Origin: a virus
Lineage: Duplodnaviria; Caudoviricetes
Reading direction: 5' to 3' (one strand)
Virus record (IMG/VR): IMGVR_UViG_3300021492_000002
Coordinates: 1 to 55,558 of that record
Length of the DNA: 55,558 nt
Below the pieces are notes generated by a model. The model was given only the letters and a program-made list of their open reading frames with translations. It did no database searches and was not told the origin of the DNA. The position numbers and the translations under genes were made by a program. The number at the start of each line of letters is the position of its first letter. The stretch's first letter is position 1. Positions 1-10,391 of this stretch are shown here, one piece after another.

Positions 1-1
1 T

Positions 2-232
2 AGTTATGAGTGGTTGACGTTAAAGGTAAAAGAGGATGGTGTATTTTTAGATGCTATTGTTGTTAAAGCATATGATGATTCAGATAATCGTATTGTAATG
101 CATCATGCCAATCTTGCTCCTGATTACGGTACATCTGATGTCTATCCTATTATGACAACATGGTTTGGGTATGCTTTAGTAGGTGTTGAAGATAGTTCAC
201 GTATTGATCATTTTGTGGTTGAAAAGATTTAA
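2..232 (+). CDS. Hypothetical protein, 5'-truncated by the window edge
   Basis: Frame is open from position 2 (AGT TAT GAG TGG TTG...) to TAA at 230-232, co-oriented with the downstream block. Confidence 0.6.
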   Translation, partial: SYEWLTLKVKEDGVFLDAIVVKAYDDSDNRIVMHHANLAPDYGTSDVYPIMTTWFGYALVGVEDSSRIDHFVVEKI

Positions 233-246
233 ATTTTATGTATAAT
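219..246 (+). promoter_or_regulatory. Sigma-70-like promoter TTGAAA-N16-TATAAT
   Basis: TTGAAA at 219-224 and TATAAT at 241-246, followed by a GGAGG RBS and ATG at 264. Confidence 0.55.
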
Positions 247-263
247 AATATTGGAGGATTAAC

Positions 264-3200
264 ATGGGTTTCTCAATAATACCATCGGATCATTATATAA
301 AGCCCGGTCGGATAACAGCAGCAGATATTAACCGGGCGTTTGATGATATAAATAATAGGCTTGGTGGCTCAAATTATGTTTTACCGCTTCTTGTTGCAGA
401 TACCAATATTATTTATCTTTCGCGCATTAGTGAATGGGGTCCTGATGATGTTGAAGTACATGTGAGAGATGTGACCCCTTATTCTACTGATCCAGCAACA
501 AGGACAGGTACGCTAAAGATATTGCCAAGTATTCCTACCGGTAGTTGTGTAAAGGATACCTCCACATGGGAGATTACTATTGAAGGTACGACGATTGGAT
601 CTGGGACGTTTGATGGAGCAACGCATGAGTTTAGTGGTATAGCTTTATATGGTAAGACGATAACAGTACATTTTCATTTTGATTTTGATGATTCGGTTGG
701 ATTTTTAGACGTAAGGGAGAAGGTTTTATTTAATTTCCAGCTTGCTGTAGAAGCGTTGACTGATGCTACTGATAAGCCCTGGAGTTATTATACAATTGTT
801 GGACGCGCCGAACCACTGCCTTCATTTGCGTCTTCATATCCCCATGTGCTTGTCAGATTTGATTCAAGGGTTGTTGAGACAGATGCTACAGGGACGGCTA
901 TGGTTACTGGTACCGTGTACTTTTCGTGGGGTAGTGATACGACAGGTACACATTGGGAGATCTATAAGGTTATTGATGGTACGGAGACATTAATATCATC
1001 AGGAACTGATGCTATATCAGAAAAAAATTTTAGTTTTAATGTTACTCTTACGGATGAGCGGGAGAAGGAGGTTATTTTAAAGGTTATTCTTGGTAATAGT
1101 ACATTTCCTAATGTGACTTTTACTGATAAGTGTTGGGTGATAACTGATATATCTAATGCTTTACCTCTGATTGAACAGATACCTTCATGTGTTGTTATGC
1201 CCCCACTGTGGGAGTCATTCTATACTGTTGGTTCGAGTACTTATGTCTATACATTCTATCTAACTACATCAGCTACCCATTGGGTTGGTGTTGATGATGA
1301 TAAGCGCGCGCTTAAGTTAGATATAGAGAACGACAATTATGAGATCAGGAAAACTGATGGTACATGGGCAACAATCGCTGATGCCGTTGAGAAAGTAATA
1401 GCTATTGCCCATACGCGTAATGCTAGTGGTAGCGAAAATATTTATGTATATGATCCTTATACATTAGATAGTTACATCTATGCAGGTGATGGTAACATAC
1501 CTTCCGGGGAGACCTTACTATATGTTGATTTTCTTGTAATGTTATCAAAGCAATATGATTACAGTTACATCAAATCACCCGGCGGTACTTATACCTATAA
1601 TGACAGTCCTATAGAATTTTTATATACAATAGCTGAACATGATACTGGTTTTACAGTTGTAGGTAGCAGGTCACATACGACTCATGTGCATTATTATCCT
1701 ATTTTGTCATCTTGTATTGCATTTTTTGATCCTACTAATATCAGCATGGAAAGTGGTGGTGGTGTTAGCACCCTTAGGGCTATTATTTTGAATGCTCCGT
1801 TACAGGAAGCCGATCTTATAAAATATGGGTTTATTAGCAGTTCTGCATCACCAACGTCGAAAATTGAATATCAGTATGTTATATCATGTCTGGAAGCCCC
1901 TGCGGGGATGACAGTTGAGATATATGATGATAGTGATAGCGACTGGCATCCTATTACATCAAGTAGTTATACCATTGATATAGGCGAACTTGATGGTGTA
2001 CCGGCTTATTACAGTTTCCCCGTACGTGTTGTTGGTACTACTACAGCTAATATTTTATTTAATGTGGAATTAGTTGCCAAATATCACGATGCGTCGGGTA
2101 CTGTTTCAACAGTATTAATAGAGCGCAGACATATAGCATTGGCTACGTTTTTATCTGGGGGCGCGGCGGCTTATGCAACCTCTCTCTCATTACCCCGCAC
2201 TAATTTCATGGTTTTTGTTGGTGGATATGGTATGGGTATACCGACGATTGCGAAACCAGATGTTAGTGATATTTACTTAGATAGCAGCACTCATTTGTAT
2301 TATCTTGGGCTCATCGCTCGCGAACCATTGAAAATTGCTTATGGGGACACTATAGAAGATATCATAGGAGGTGAATCAAGACTTGGTGGTGTAACACTAG
2401 AGGATATATCAGCATCCATGCTTGGGTATCGTCTTGATATGGATATTTTATTACCAGCGGGAGTGCTAAAGAGTGAAATCTATGTTGCTTATGATCCATC
2501 ATCAAAACATATCATAATAAGTAGCGAGTTTACAGGTGGTTGTATTCCTATAGGTGTATTAATAATTGAACGTTATGCTGAAACATTGTATCCGTCGTTG
2601 AAATTCATCCCCTATGTACACACGTATGTATATGAGGCAACACGTGGCTTAGAGGTGGGCCGCTTCGGTTTGGTGGACAAGGTTGGGGCAGATAGTCCTG
2701 TTATTGTTGCGACAACACATTTTGAAAATGCTGATGATTTGACAAATTTGCTTGCGCTTATGAATATTGGTGATAGTTGTTTGCTTATTGGTGAGAATTA
2801 TGCGAGTAGCGATTCCCTGAGATTCCCTTATGTGATGGGTGTAAGGAAGCTTGCGGAGGATAAGGTAAAGCTTACGATGCTTACTGATGTGGGTATGGCA
2901 ACTGTTTTAATGGAGAGTGCTAGCAAGTATGTTTATCCAGTATTAGATGTATTTAGAATTTATTATTTGGATGCATCCGGATCTCTACATACAGTCCCAC
3001 CACCTATGGGGGCGGTATATACAGGTTCAGCTATAACTGATACCCTTGTGCCATTAGCTGATTTGGGTGACGATCGAAAAATATTAGAAAATATTGGTGA
3101 GAAAGTTGTTATCATAGTTGAGCCATACATATATGTCGATAAAACTCTTTTACCTGATCCAAATATTAATATTATGAAAATGGAAGTTGTGTGCTCTGGT

Positions 3201-3380
3201 TCATATTCGATGGGTAGTGGAATACTTGTGCGACATTTTATAAGACTTGTTGATGAACATGGTATACATCATATAATGAGTATACCTGTGAAAATCATGT
3301 TATTTGGGTCTATGTATAATGCTCTTGGTGGTTGGGGTACATCTGGTGGTTCTGGTGGTCCATTTACACCTATAAGCTAA
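264..3380 (+). CDS. Large putative virion structural protein (1038 aa)
   Basis: Long ORF with GGAGG RBS and beta-rich T/S/G/Y/V composition. N-terminal 'ITAADINRAFDDI' resembles the N-terminal segments of tail-associated proteins. No family recognised. Confidence 0.6.
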   Translation: MGFSIIPSDHYIKPGRITAADINRAFDDINNRLGGSNYVLPLLVADTNIIYLSRISEWGPDDVEVHVRDVTPYSTDPATRTGTLKILPSIPTGSCVKDTSTWEITIEGTTIGSGTFDGATHEFSGIALYGKTITVHFHFDFDDSVGFLDVREKVLFNFQLAVEALTDATDKPWSYYTIVGRAEPLPSFASSYPHVLVRFDSRVVETDATGTAMVTGTVYFSWGSDTTGTHWEIYKVIDGTETLISSGTDAISEKNFSFNVTLTDEREKEVILKVILGNSTFPNVTFTDKCWVITDISNALPLIEQIPSCVVMPPLWESFYTVGSSTYVYTFYLTTSATHWVGVDDDKRALKLDIENDNYEIRKTDGTWATIADAVEKVIAIAHTRNASGSENIYVYDPYTLDSYIYAGDGNIPSGETLLYVDFLVMLSKQYDYSYIKSPGGTYTYNDSPIEFLYTIAEHDTGFTVVGSRSHTTHVHYYPILSSCIAFFDPTNISMESGGGVSTLRAIILNAPLQEADLIKYGFISSSASPTSKIEYQYVISCLEAPAGMTVEIYDDSDSDWHPITSSSYTIDIGELDGVPAYYSFPVRVVGTTTANILFNVELVAKYHDASGTVSTVLIERRHIALATFLSGGAAAYATSLSLPRTNFMVFVGGYGMGIPTIAKPDVSDIYLDSSTHLYYLGLIAREPLKIAYGDTIEDIIGGESRLGGVTLEDISASMLGYRLDMDILLPAGVLKSEIYVAYDPSSKHIIISSEFTGGCIPIGVLIIERYAETLYPSLKFIPYVHTYVYEATRGLEVGRFGLVDKVGADSPVIVATTHFENADDLTNLLALMNIGDSCLLIGENYASSDSLRFPYVMGVRKLAEDKVKLTMLTDVGMATVLMESASKYVYPVLDVFRIYYLDASGSLHTVPPPMGAVYTGSAITDTLVPLADLGDDRKILENIGEKVVIIVEPYIYVDKTLLPDPNINIMKMEVVCSGSYSMGSGILVRHFIRLVDEHGIHHIMSIPVKIMLFGSMYNALGGWGTSGGSGGPFTPIS

Positions 3381-4429
3381 TGTATAAGTATGTTAACATA
3401 GATGAAGCCGGTAGTAATGTTATTCCATTGTTTACGATGCATGGGCATATTATGCCGTGGGTTGTGCATAATGTATTTGCTAGTGAAGAAGGCTATGCTG
3501 CAACGGGTTATTACCTCCATCCATTTGATGTTGGTGGTATTAAATATTACTTTTATCATGAGCTTCCATCGGTGCCATCTACATTGAATGTTTATAGAAT
3601 TGATGGGGTACCATTGATTGAGCACGTTGATTATGATTTAGTTGGTAATAGGGTTTATCTTGATTGGTATTGGAGGTATGAGTCTATTATTATTGAAGCC
3701 GACGGCGTGAAGTTGGCTGCTGATTGGAGACCATATGAATTGTCAACAGAGCCAGTAGCTGATGCTAAGCGACACCATTTTCTTGTTCCTGTTGGAGATA
3801 TAATTGAATTTGACGGTTCAGAAGCAGGGCTTCACTATTATTATCCGCGCCTTATCCCTAGGAAGGTTTCAATGCCACCTGTTTATTATGATAGGTTTGA
3901 TTTAGTCTGGACACCGCCTTCTGGTACTATGTTATATGTTAAAGCGAAGCGGAAGAGATTTATAATTTATCAGACAGTACCATACGTAACATTAGATTTG
4001 GCGCACTATTATACATGGGATGGTTCTACATATGTTGAACATGATGTTAGTGATGTGTTATATTTTAAAAATACGGGGGAGATAAAATTTGATGATTATG
4101 TACCTTATGATGAAATAAGTTTCAAGGTTGTATCTGTTGATGGGATTGTTATGAACTTAAATATAAATCCTTCGAATCTTGAGTTATTGTCGAGGACCGA
4201 ATTCATGCCATCATTTTTAGTTGGTTATGCCATGGCATCTGATGCATTTCTTGTATCAGTTAGAGGATTTGACCACCGCATTCATTACTATGATTTTGGA
4301 GATATTAAGTCTGAGTTACACGGTATTACTGATGTTTTTTGGTTATGTGAATATAGATTATTAGATCCTCTGAAACGGTTAATGATGGTAAGACATGATG
4401 TCCATCGAAGGAGAGGAGGATATGTATAG
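3380..4429 (+). CDS. Hypothetical protein, probably structural
   Basis: ORF. Start placed at ATG 3380, which overlaps the upstream stop (TAATG). 'IEHVDYDLVGNRVYL' resembles short beta repeats of tail/baseplate proteins. Confidence 0.6.
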   Translation: MYKYVNIDEAGSNVIPLFTMHGHIMPWVVHNVFASEEGYAATGYYLHPFDVGGIKYYFYHELPSVPSTLNVYRIDGVPLIEHVDYDLVGNRVYLDWYWRYESIIIEADGVKLAADWRPYELSTEPVADAKRHHFLVPVGDIIEFDGSEAGLHYYYPRLIPRKVSMPPVYYDRFDLVWTPPSGTMLYVKAKRKRFIIYQTVPYVTLDLAHYYTWDGSTYVEHDVSDVLYFKNTGEIKFDDYVPYDEISFKVVSVDGIVMNLNINPSNLELLSRTEFMPSFLVGYAMASDAFLVSVRGFDHRIHYYDFGDIKSELHGITDVFWLCEYRLLDPLKRLMMVRHDVHRRRGGYV

Positions 4430-4841
4430 TATTGGTGAGACAGCCATTATACCGGTTTTATTTTTTGATGAGTCATATAGTCTGATGGATCCTGTTGAAT
4501 TGGAAGGGGAGTATGTTACCCTTACGATGTATCGTCTTGATGCAGCACCGTCTGTAGCGAAATTTATTGATAACTTTAAATGGATATACACAGGGGCTGC
4601 AGGCTTGTACGATCTAGAGGTTGTTGTTGAGGAGAATATACTAAGTGGTGGAGATTATTATATTGGGGCAACGAGATATGATGTGGGTATTTATGCATTA
4701 AAGGTTAAGCCGCGGCTTCCTGGCACTTATTATATTGTTGTAGAGGCTCATGCATCTGGTCTTGCTAGTGAATGTACTTTACAAACCTTTACCGTAAGAT
4801 TCATAGAGAAGAGAGACCCATCATTATTATTAATGGAATGA
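4422..4841 (+). CDS. Hypothetical protein (Ig-like beta composition)
   Basis: GGAGGA RBS before ATG 4422. 'PGTYYIVVEA' strand pattern. Confidence 0.6.
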   Translation: MYSIGETAIIPVLFFDESYSLMDPVELEGEYVTLTMYRLDAAPSVAKFIDNFKWIYTGAAGLYDLEVVVEENILSGGDYYIGATRYDVGIYALKVKPRLPGTYYIVVEAHASGLASECTLQTFTVRFIEKRDPSLLLME

Positions 4842-5242
4842 GTGAGTTAGCAACAGCGCGTGGGCTTCATCGTATAGTAATGTCGTTACCTGATGATGCA
4901 TATACGGCAACTATAAAACGATTTAAGGATTCGTTATTGTATGAGGAATCAGTTAATCTTGAGAAGCTTGATACAGAAAAGTATCTCCTAGAGTTTGTTG
5001 ATAAGTCGAGTGGTGATGGCTTGATATTTATCCAAGTTGTTAATTCTGTTGGTGATGTAGTAGCTTTTGAGGCCATTGGGGTTAGTGAGGTAAAAACAGA
5101 TGTATTATGGTTAGTTGGTTATGCAGATACCTATGGTGTACGTTATCCATTAGCAAAGGATGCATTTGTTATATTAAATCATAGTGATTTGCATTATCTG
5201 ATAAGGAAGAAATTAAAAGGTAACAGGTTTGGGAGGTCATAA
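4838..5242 (+). CDS. Hypothetical protein
   Basis: ATGA overlap with the upstream stop. Confidence 0.6.
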   Translation: MSELATARGLHRIVMSLPDDAYTATIKRFKDSLLYEESVNLEKLDTEKYLLEFVDKSSGDGLIFIQVVNSVGDVVAFEAIGVSEVKTDVLWLVGYADTYGVRYPLAKDAFVILNHSDLHYLIRKKLKGNRFGRS

Positions 5243-5739
5243 TGAATGTTGCGGTTGATAGATTCGTTGTCTTGCCTATAACATTTAGAACTAGTGGTGG
5301 GTATGCTACATTAGATCCATCTACGAACATAGATGTGGATATCACATATCTTCCGAATTTCGATAGTGATGATGGATCGACGGCAGTCAGTACATATAAT
5401 ATTTTTAACCCCCTAAGTGACCCGAATGTTTGCATTCTATCCTTCCTGTCATCGAAGAGGGGCATCTATATAGTAAAGGTAACATATACAGGGACTGAAA
5501 TATTATCAGAGCCACCAACTAAATATTTTGTTGTAACATGTGGTAATGATTATGATCCACCGCTAAAGCATACATATGTATATAATCCTCTAACTGGTAA
5601 TGTATCTGAGGTTCATACAGATTATTACAAAGATAGTGAGAGTACTGAAACCATTTTCAGGAAGAAGATTGTTGGGTTCGTCTATGAAGAGGATGGTGGT
5701 GAAGCACGGCTTAATGAGGTAACGGATAAGAATGAATGA
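5242..5739 (+). CDS. Hypothetical protein
   Basis: GGAGG RBS and TAATG coupling. 'GIYIVKVTY' is similar in pattern to the 4422 product. Confidence 0.6.
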   Translation: MNVAVDRFVVLPITFRTSGGYATLDPSTNIDVDITYLPNFDSDDGSTAVSTYNIFNPLSDPNVCILSFLSSKRGIYIVKVTYTGTEILSEPPTKYFVVTCGNDYDPPLKHTYVYNPLTGNVSEVHTDYYKDSESTETIFRKKIVGFVYEEDGGEARLNEVTDKNE

Positions 5740-5969
5740 TACGTAGGGAAAGAGAAACATATGCTGGGGCTGTCTATGTAACTGGTATACCGCTGCCTCT
5801 GACACCAAGAGCGTTTGATGGATTATACATCGGGGGACTTCTTTTGCCTTACTATGTCCCCAATGAATTCTATGATCGGTTGCAGACAGATACTGTTAAC
5901 TTTATAAATGCTGTCTTTGACTTCTGGAGGCCGGCGGGCTTATGTCACTACGTCTATTTGAAAGATTAG
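5736..5969 (+). CDS. Small hypothetical protein, possibly baseplate-related
   Basis: ATGA coupling. C-terminal 'DFWRPAG' weakly recalls the (K/R)PA(G/H) motif of baseplate wedge proteins. Confidence 0.45.
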   Translation: MIRRERETYAGAVYVTGIPLPLTPRAFDGLYIGGLLLPYYVPNEFYDRLQTDTVNFINAVFDFWRPAGLCHYVYLKD

Positions 5970-7153
5970 GTCTAGGAACAACTGATATAGATCGGACGAT
6001 CGATATCCTATTAGAGTTGCGTGATGCGCTTCAGCAGCTATCTAGGTGCGAGAAGCGCAAGCTATTAGAATCATATACTGATTTTGGTGGTTATCCATCT
6101 GATTTCAAGGAGCTTGTTGCCTTATTAACAAAGATCGAGGCATATGTTGAACTGATTGAACAGCGTTATCCTGCATTTAAGCAGTTCATCGATGATGTTC
6201 TTCGGTCACTTTATGATGTAAGACATCTTACATCTAGTGCTGTTTTTTCCTATATGGATGGTATTAATATCGATTATTATCCAGCACCTCATCTGTCATC
6301 TGTAACCGAAGAGGTTGATGTTAATGATATAGATGTTAGTGTTGTACCTTATACAGAGGATATCGAGGTTGGTGAGCATTTTATTGCATGTAGTCTTGAG
6401 CGTCAGGATAACATACAAAAGATTATATTATCTTTTAAATCTCCTATAAAGGCAACACGGATATGGATGCCAATTTTTGGTGCTAAGGTTGGGAGACTGC
6501 TTATTAATACAGTAAGCGCGGGCTTCGATTACTGGTATGGATACATTGTGCCAATCCATAGGGTTATTAATGCTGATGATAAGGTAACTATTGTTGTGGA
6601 GATGATGATGAAGCCGCGCTTCGAGGCTGTTAAGAAGCCGGCCGATGTGTGGAAATTATATAAAAAGCCTACTTGGATTGGAGATGCGGTTATTTTGAAG
6701 CCGCGCTTGGTATTAGATATATCATCAGGCGCGGGGCTTCTTGAAACAACAACATTACCAATGGTATTCGGCGATAATGGTAGTGTTGTACCGTTTGTCA
6801 AGGTAAATGGAATTTATTTCCCTGCAATTAGTCGTGAATATAGTGGATTACCATTTCCATTTCACTATGATGGGCGGTATTATTATTTCCCTATTTATAC
6901 ATCTGGTGATTTCACATCTAGTACGCCTCTTATGGGATATCGTACTGAGTACCGGTTATTTAAATCGTCATCACTTCCGGAGTTATCATATGAGGTTGAT
7001 TTTTCAGGATTTACACACTGGGTGTTTTGGAATCCTTGGAAAAATAAAATTGAAGCATATCCTTCGGAGGGATTGTTTGCTATACCTCATCTTGAGAGTG
7101 AGTTGATTATGATGCCGCCTCCTCCGACGGAATTGCCAGAGGCGCATGAATAG
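5942..7153 (+). CDS. Hypothetical protein (helical N-terminus, beta C-terminus)
   Basis: 403-aa ORF in the operon. Confidence 0.65.
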   Translation: MSLRLFERLGLGTTDIDRTIDILLELRDALQQLSRCEKRKLLESYTDFGGYPSDFKELVALLTKIEAYVELIEQRYPAFKQFIDDVLRSLYDVRHLTSSAVFSYMDGINIDYYPAPHLSSVTEEVDVNDIDVSVVPYTEDIEVGEHFIACSLERQDNIQKIILSFKSPIKATRIWMPIFGAKVGRLLINTVSAGFDYWYGYIVPIHRVINADDKVTIVVEMMMKPRFEAVKKPADVWKLYKKPTWIGDAVILKPRLVLDISSGAGLLETTTLPMVFGDNGSVVPFVKVNGIYFPAISREYSGLPFPFHYDGRYYYFPIYTSGDFTSSTPLMGYRTEYRLFKSSSLPELSYEVDFSGFTHWVFWNPWKNKIEAYPSEGLFAIPHLESELIMMPPPPTELPEAHE

Positions 7154-7161
7154 AGGCCAAA

Positions 7162-7563
7162 ATGGCAAGAGATATTGAATATAGGACATATGAGCCATAT
7201 GAGATACCGCGTGATGTCAGTCCTATATGGGTTGCGCCCCATATTGGCGACTTCGATGCTTATAGTATTTATAACTATTATCTATCTTATGTTGTTGAGA
7301 AGGTTTTGAGGTTACCATATGTTGATATTAAGGATGAGGTAGTACAACAGGGGCCGGGCTTATTCATCCCCGGTAAATATATCTTCCGTATCAAGCGTTT
7401 TGTTGCTGATGATGCGGTGCCAATTTACAGATTAAGAAAGGGCATCATTTATGTTTATGAGGAGATTAATAATATTCAAGTTTTAGAGGCTATTGTTTTG
7501 GATGAGCTTAAGTATGCGGCGGGCTTAATCAATGATGGAACATTTGGGCCTTATCTCAGATGA
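7162..7563 (+). CDS. Hypothetical protein
   Basis: ORF with GAGG RBS. Confidence 0.6.
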   Translation: MARDIEYRTYEPYEIPRDVSPIWVAPHIGDFDAYSIYNYYLSYVVEKVLRLPYVDIKDEVVQQGPGLFIPGKYIFRIKRFVADDAVPIYRLRKGIIYVYEEINNIQVLEAIVLDELKYAAGLINDGTFGPYLR

Positions 7564-8285
7564 AGGTTTATAGGAAAATAGATGCGTTTCCCATAGGTGA
7601 TGTTTTAACAGAGCTGTCTTCGATGATGTACAATGTAGATCAGACCGTTGGTCGTTTATCTCATGTTGTGGATAGGATCGATGGTGTTTCTGATTTATTT
7701 GATGAATATATAAAATTATTGCAGACAGTAGCAATTTATACAGAAGATCTTATAGGATTTGGAACATTTGAGAATATCCCCTTGGATGCTGTTGAAACGA
7801 ATGGTACTGTGATAAATGGCAAACTCTATTCCTATGTTCCTGTTGATAGTAAGTGGATTGTTAAGACGACTGTTGAAGGTCATTTATATATGGATGGTAG
7901 TGAGGTACCGATACCAAGTGAGTGTGTTGCTGAGGGGCATATAGTATTTTATGAAGGTGGTACTACGGAGGTGTTAAATCCGACAAATGTTGGGATGCTC
8001 TTTGATCGTGATATAAGTAAGGCATATCACTTGGAGGTTGCTGTTCCGGTAAATTATGAAGGAAGGATGGCACGTATTGCTGATGCATTATTTAAGATTA
8101 ATTTGCAGCCAAGAGATGGCATGGTTTTTGTTGGTGAGCTAAGGATTTATGTTAAAAGTGGTAGGATTAATGATATTTTAATTAATGGAGTATCAAGGAT
8201 GGTTGATTTGAAGTTTAAGGAACCATATATGGTATTAGAGGTTTTTGATGAGGTGGGAGACATATGGATTTACCTGAAATCATAG
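7560..8285 (+). CDS. Hypothetical protein
   Basis: ATGA coupling, 241 aa. Confidence 0.6.
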   Translation: MKVYRKIDAFPIGDVLTELSSMMYNVDQTVGRLSHVVDRIDGVSDLFDEYIKLLQTVAIYTEDLIGFGTFENIPLDAVETNGTVINGKLYSYVPVDSKWIVKTTVEGHLYMDGSEVPIPSECVAEGHIVFYEGGTTEVLNPTNVGMLFDRDISKAYHLEVAVPVNYEGRMARIADALFKINLQPRDGMVFVGELRIYVKSGRINDILINGVSRMVDLKFKEPYMVLEVFDEVGDIWIYLKS

Positions 8286-8494
8286 GATCAAGATTATCGA
8301 ACATTTCTGGTATGTGGATAAAGTTAGACCGGGAAGTTTTTGGCAGGAATATTGATGTATTTTTTGCGGAGTGGGTATCAAGAGATTATGATCGTCGTTT
8401 GGCTTTTGCTTTATGCAGTCATACGGAAGATAGTGCTGAAGGATTTAGGTATCAAGCACCAGATCTTTCACCTACCCCGAGAGGGGGTCTGTGA
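8264..8494 (+). CDS. Small hypothetical protein
   Basis: GGAG RBS before ATG 8264. Fills the gap and its stop is coupled to the next start. Confidence 0.5.
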   Translation: MDLPEIIGSRLSNISGMWIKLDREVFGRNIDVFFAEWVSRDYDRRLAFALCSHTEDSAEGFRYQAPDLSPTPRGGL

Positions 8495-10380
8495 TGAGAC
8501 CATTTATCGAACGCATAGTTCAAGACTATTCTGATAATTATGCATCAGTGTGGCGGTATTTAGAGGAATTTACAGATATCAAAGGGATATATTTTGATTT
8601 TGTTCCTACATCATTTAAGCGTTACTATGGACCATGGTATCCATTAGAATTTAGGGGGCATCGCTTTTTCTATATAGATCAAGATTCTCCATTCTATCCA
8701 TCTGATGTACTTGTTTTCTCACCATATCATATTGAAACAAGAGGTGATGCATTTTCATATCAGCAGACATCTGATCCATGGATACCAGTGATATTTTCTT
8801 ATGATAATGTAAAATTATCTATATATGGTGATGTTGTTTATAAGTTAAAGATAGGGGATAGCTTACAGGTATTTATACCTTTCTTACCTTTGATAGGGAA
8901 AATAACAGGTGATTTTTATTGTTCATATAGCGGGAAAAAGTTGTTGTATGTGTATCCTACTGTTGGTGGATTGAGCAGTGGGGTTGGTTGTATTACAACG
9001 CATACAGGCACGGGTGCAGCAGATACACGCTTTCCTGTATTGCATCCATTTGATCTAGATAGCGAGTTATCGTGGGATCAATTACTTGTTGAGTATCCCG
9101 GTATTCACTGCTTGATACCTAGTAAGGTATCGATAGTATTTACAGATGTTATCGATGTGAATTGGGATGAATTAAATGGTGAAGGTTGTGTTTGGTGGGA
9201 ATCAGGAATACCATATCTTCTACCTAGAATTGATGCAAAAGCTATTAAGATGCATTTATTTTCCGTGTCGGGAAGTAATGCTTATTGGAATATTGTTGTA
9301 TCAGTACCATCTTATTCTATTAATAACATTATTGATTTGTTGATGAATGAAACTCATTCAGTTGATGAGGAAGTTGCACCAACATGGAATGATAATGTTC
9401 TTATTTATGATTTTAGTGATTTATTTATATATACTGGGATATATAAGCTTGAAGGGAGGGTGAATTTTTGTTATAGTGGTACTATTATAGAGACAGATAT
9501 TCCTATTTCATTTGGGGTGCTACATATTGGGGATGTTGATGTTGAAATAACCAAAAAGACATATGTAAGTACTGGGGCAACTATTGTAACATACACCATA
9601 AGTAGGGGATTTGTCGAGTGTGATAGATTGAAGTATGAGATTGCTTGGAAAGAGGGGATGGAAACAAGGTATATGGAATTGGGATATTCAATCGGACAAT
9701 TAGATGCTTCACGTTCGGCAACGGATTTTAAGTTACGCATTTATTACAATGATGAGTTGGTGAAAATAATTGATATTACAGACATCAATGAAATAATGAT
9801 TAGTGATGTACCTTTGCCAATTGCTTATTACATATCTAATGAGAACCGAGTGCATGTTGAGTGGGATAATGAGACATATGAATGTTACGAAAGACTCATT
9901 AATATAACGGGTACCACATCATGGGTTGCCCTATCATCATCTCCTTACGATTGGTATCCTGCTGTTGGTGTTAACCTTGCTGCTATTTATAAACTTAAGC
10001 ATAGAACACTGGGAATAGAAGGACCGAGTATTACAGTAGAAATTAATAATGAGTTAGTGCGTACTGAGATTGTTGATGTCAATCGCAAATACATAGAAGT
10101 CGGTGAGATTGAGATTGACGCTTATGCGCGCAGGCCTCAGCTTTATTTTGTCTATGATACAGTTATCCCCAATGGGGCGGCGGGCTTCAAATTCCTAGTA
10201 TATGGTGACTTTGATGAAGCTAATTTATCTTACAGTTTTGATGGAGTACACTTTCAGCCATTTACCATGGGTGATATTATCTATTTCCCTGAGGTACCAA
10301 ATTTAGATCATCTATGGGTACGGTTTGAATCAAGTAATGTTAGATATGTGCAAAGTGCATATATTAAGTTTATCTTTTAA
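8491..10380 (+). CDS. Hypothetical protein, probably structural (629 aa)
   Basis: Long beta-rich ORF. C-terminal 'LSYSFDGVHF...LWVRF' pattern. Confidence 0.65.
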   Translation: MMRPFIERIVQDYSDNYASVWRYLEEFTDIKGIYFDFVPTSFKRYYGPWYPLEFRGHRFFYIDQDSPFYPSDVLVFSPYHIETRGDAFSYQQTSDPWIPVIFSYDNVKLSIYGDVVYKLKIGDSLQVFIPFLPLIGKITGDFYCSYSGKKLLYVYPTVGGLSSGVGCITTHTGTGAADTRFPVLHPFDLDSELSWDQLLVEYPGIHCLIPSKVSIVFTDVIDVNWDELNGEGCVWWESGIPYLLPRIDAKAIKMHLFSVSGSNAYWNIVVSVPSYSINNIIDLLMNETHSVDEEVAPTWNDNVLIYDFSDLFIYTGIYKLEGRVNFCYSGTIIETDIPISFGVLHIGDVDVEITKKTYVSTGATIVTYTISRGFVECDRLKYEIAWKEGMETRYMELGYSIGQLDASRSATDFKLRIYYNDELVKIIDITDINEIMISDVPLPIAYYISNENRVHVEWDNETYECYERLINITGTTSWVALSSSPYDWYPAVGVNLAAIYKLKHRTLGIEGPSITVEINNELVRTEIVDVNRKYIEVGEIEIDAYARRPQLYFVYDTVIPNGAAGFKFLVYGDFDEANLSYSFDGVHFQPFTMGDIIYFPEVPNLDHLWVRFESSNVRYVQSAYIKFIF

Positions 10381-10391
10381 GGGATAGAGAT

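Noticed and set aside
7560-8494. Stop-codon readthrough or recoding at TAG 8283
   Set aside because: Readthrough meets another stop after 11 codons. Long genes elsewhere are intact under the standard code, and the 8264 ORF has its own RBS.
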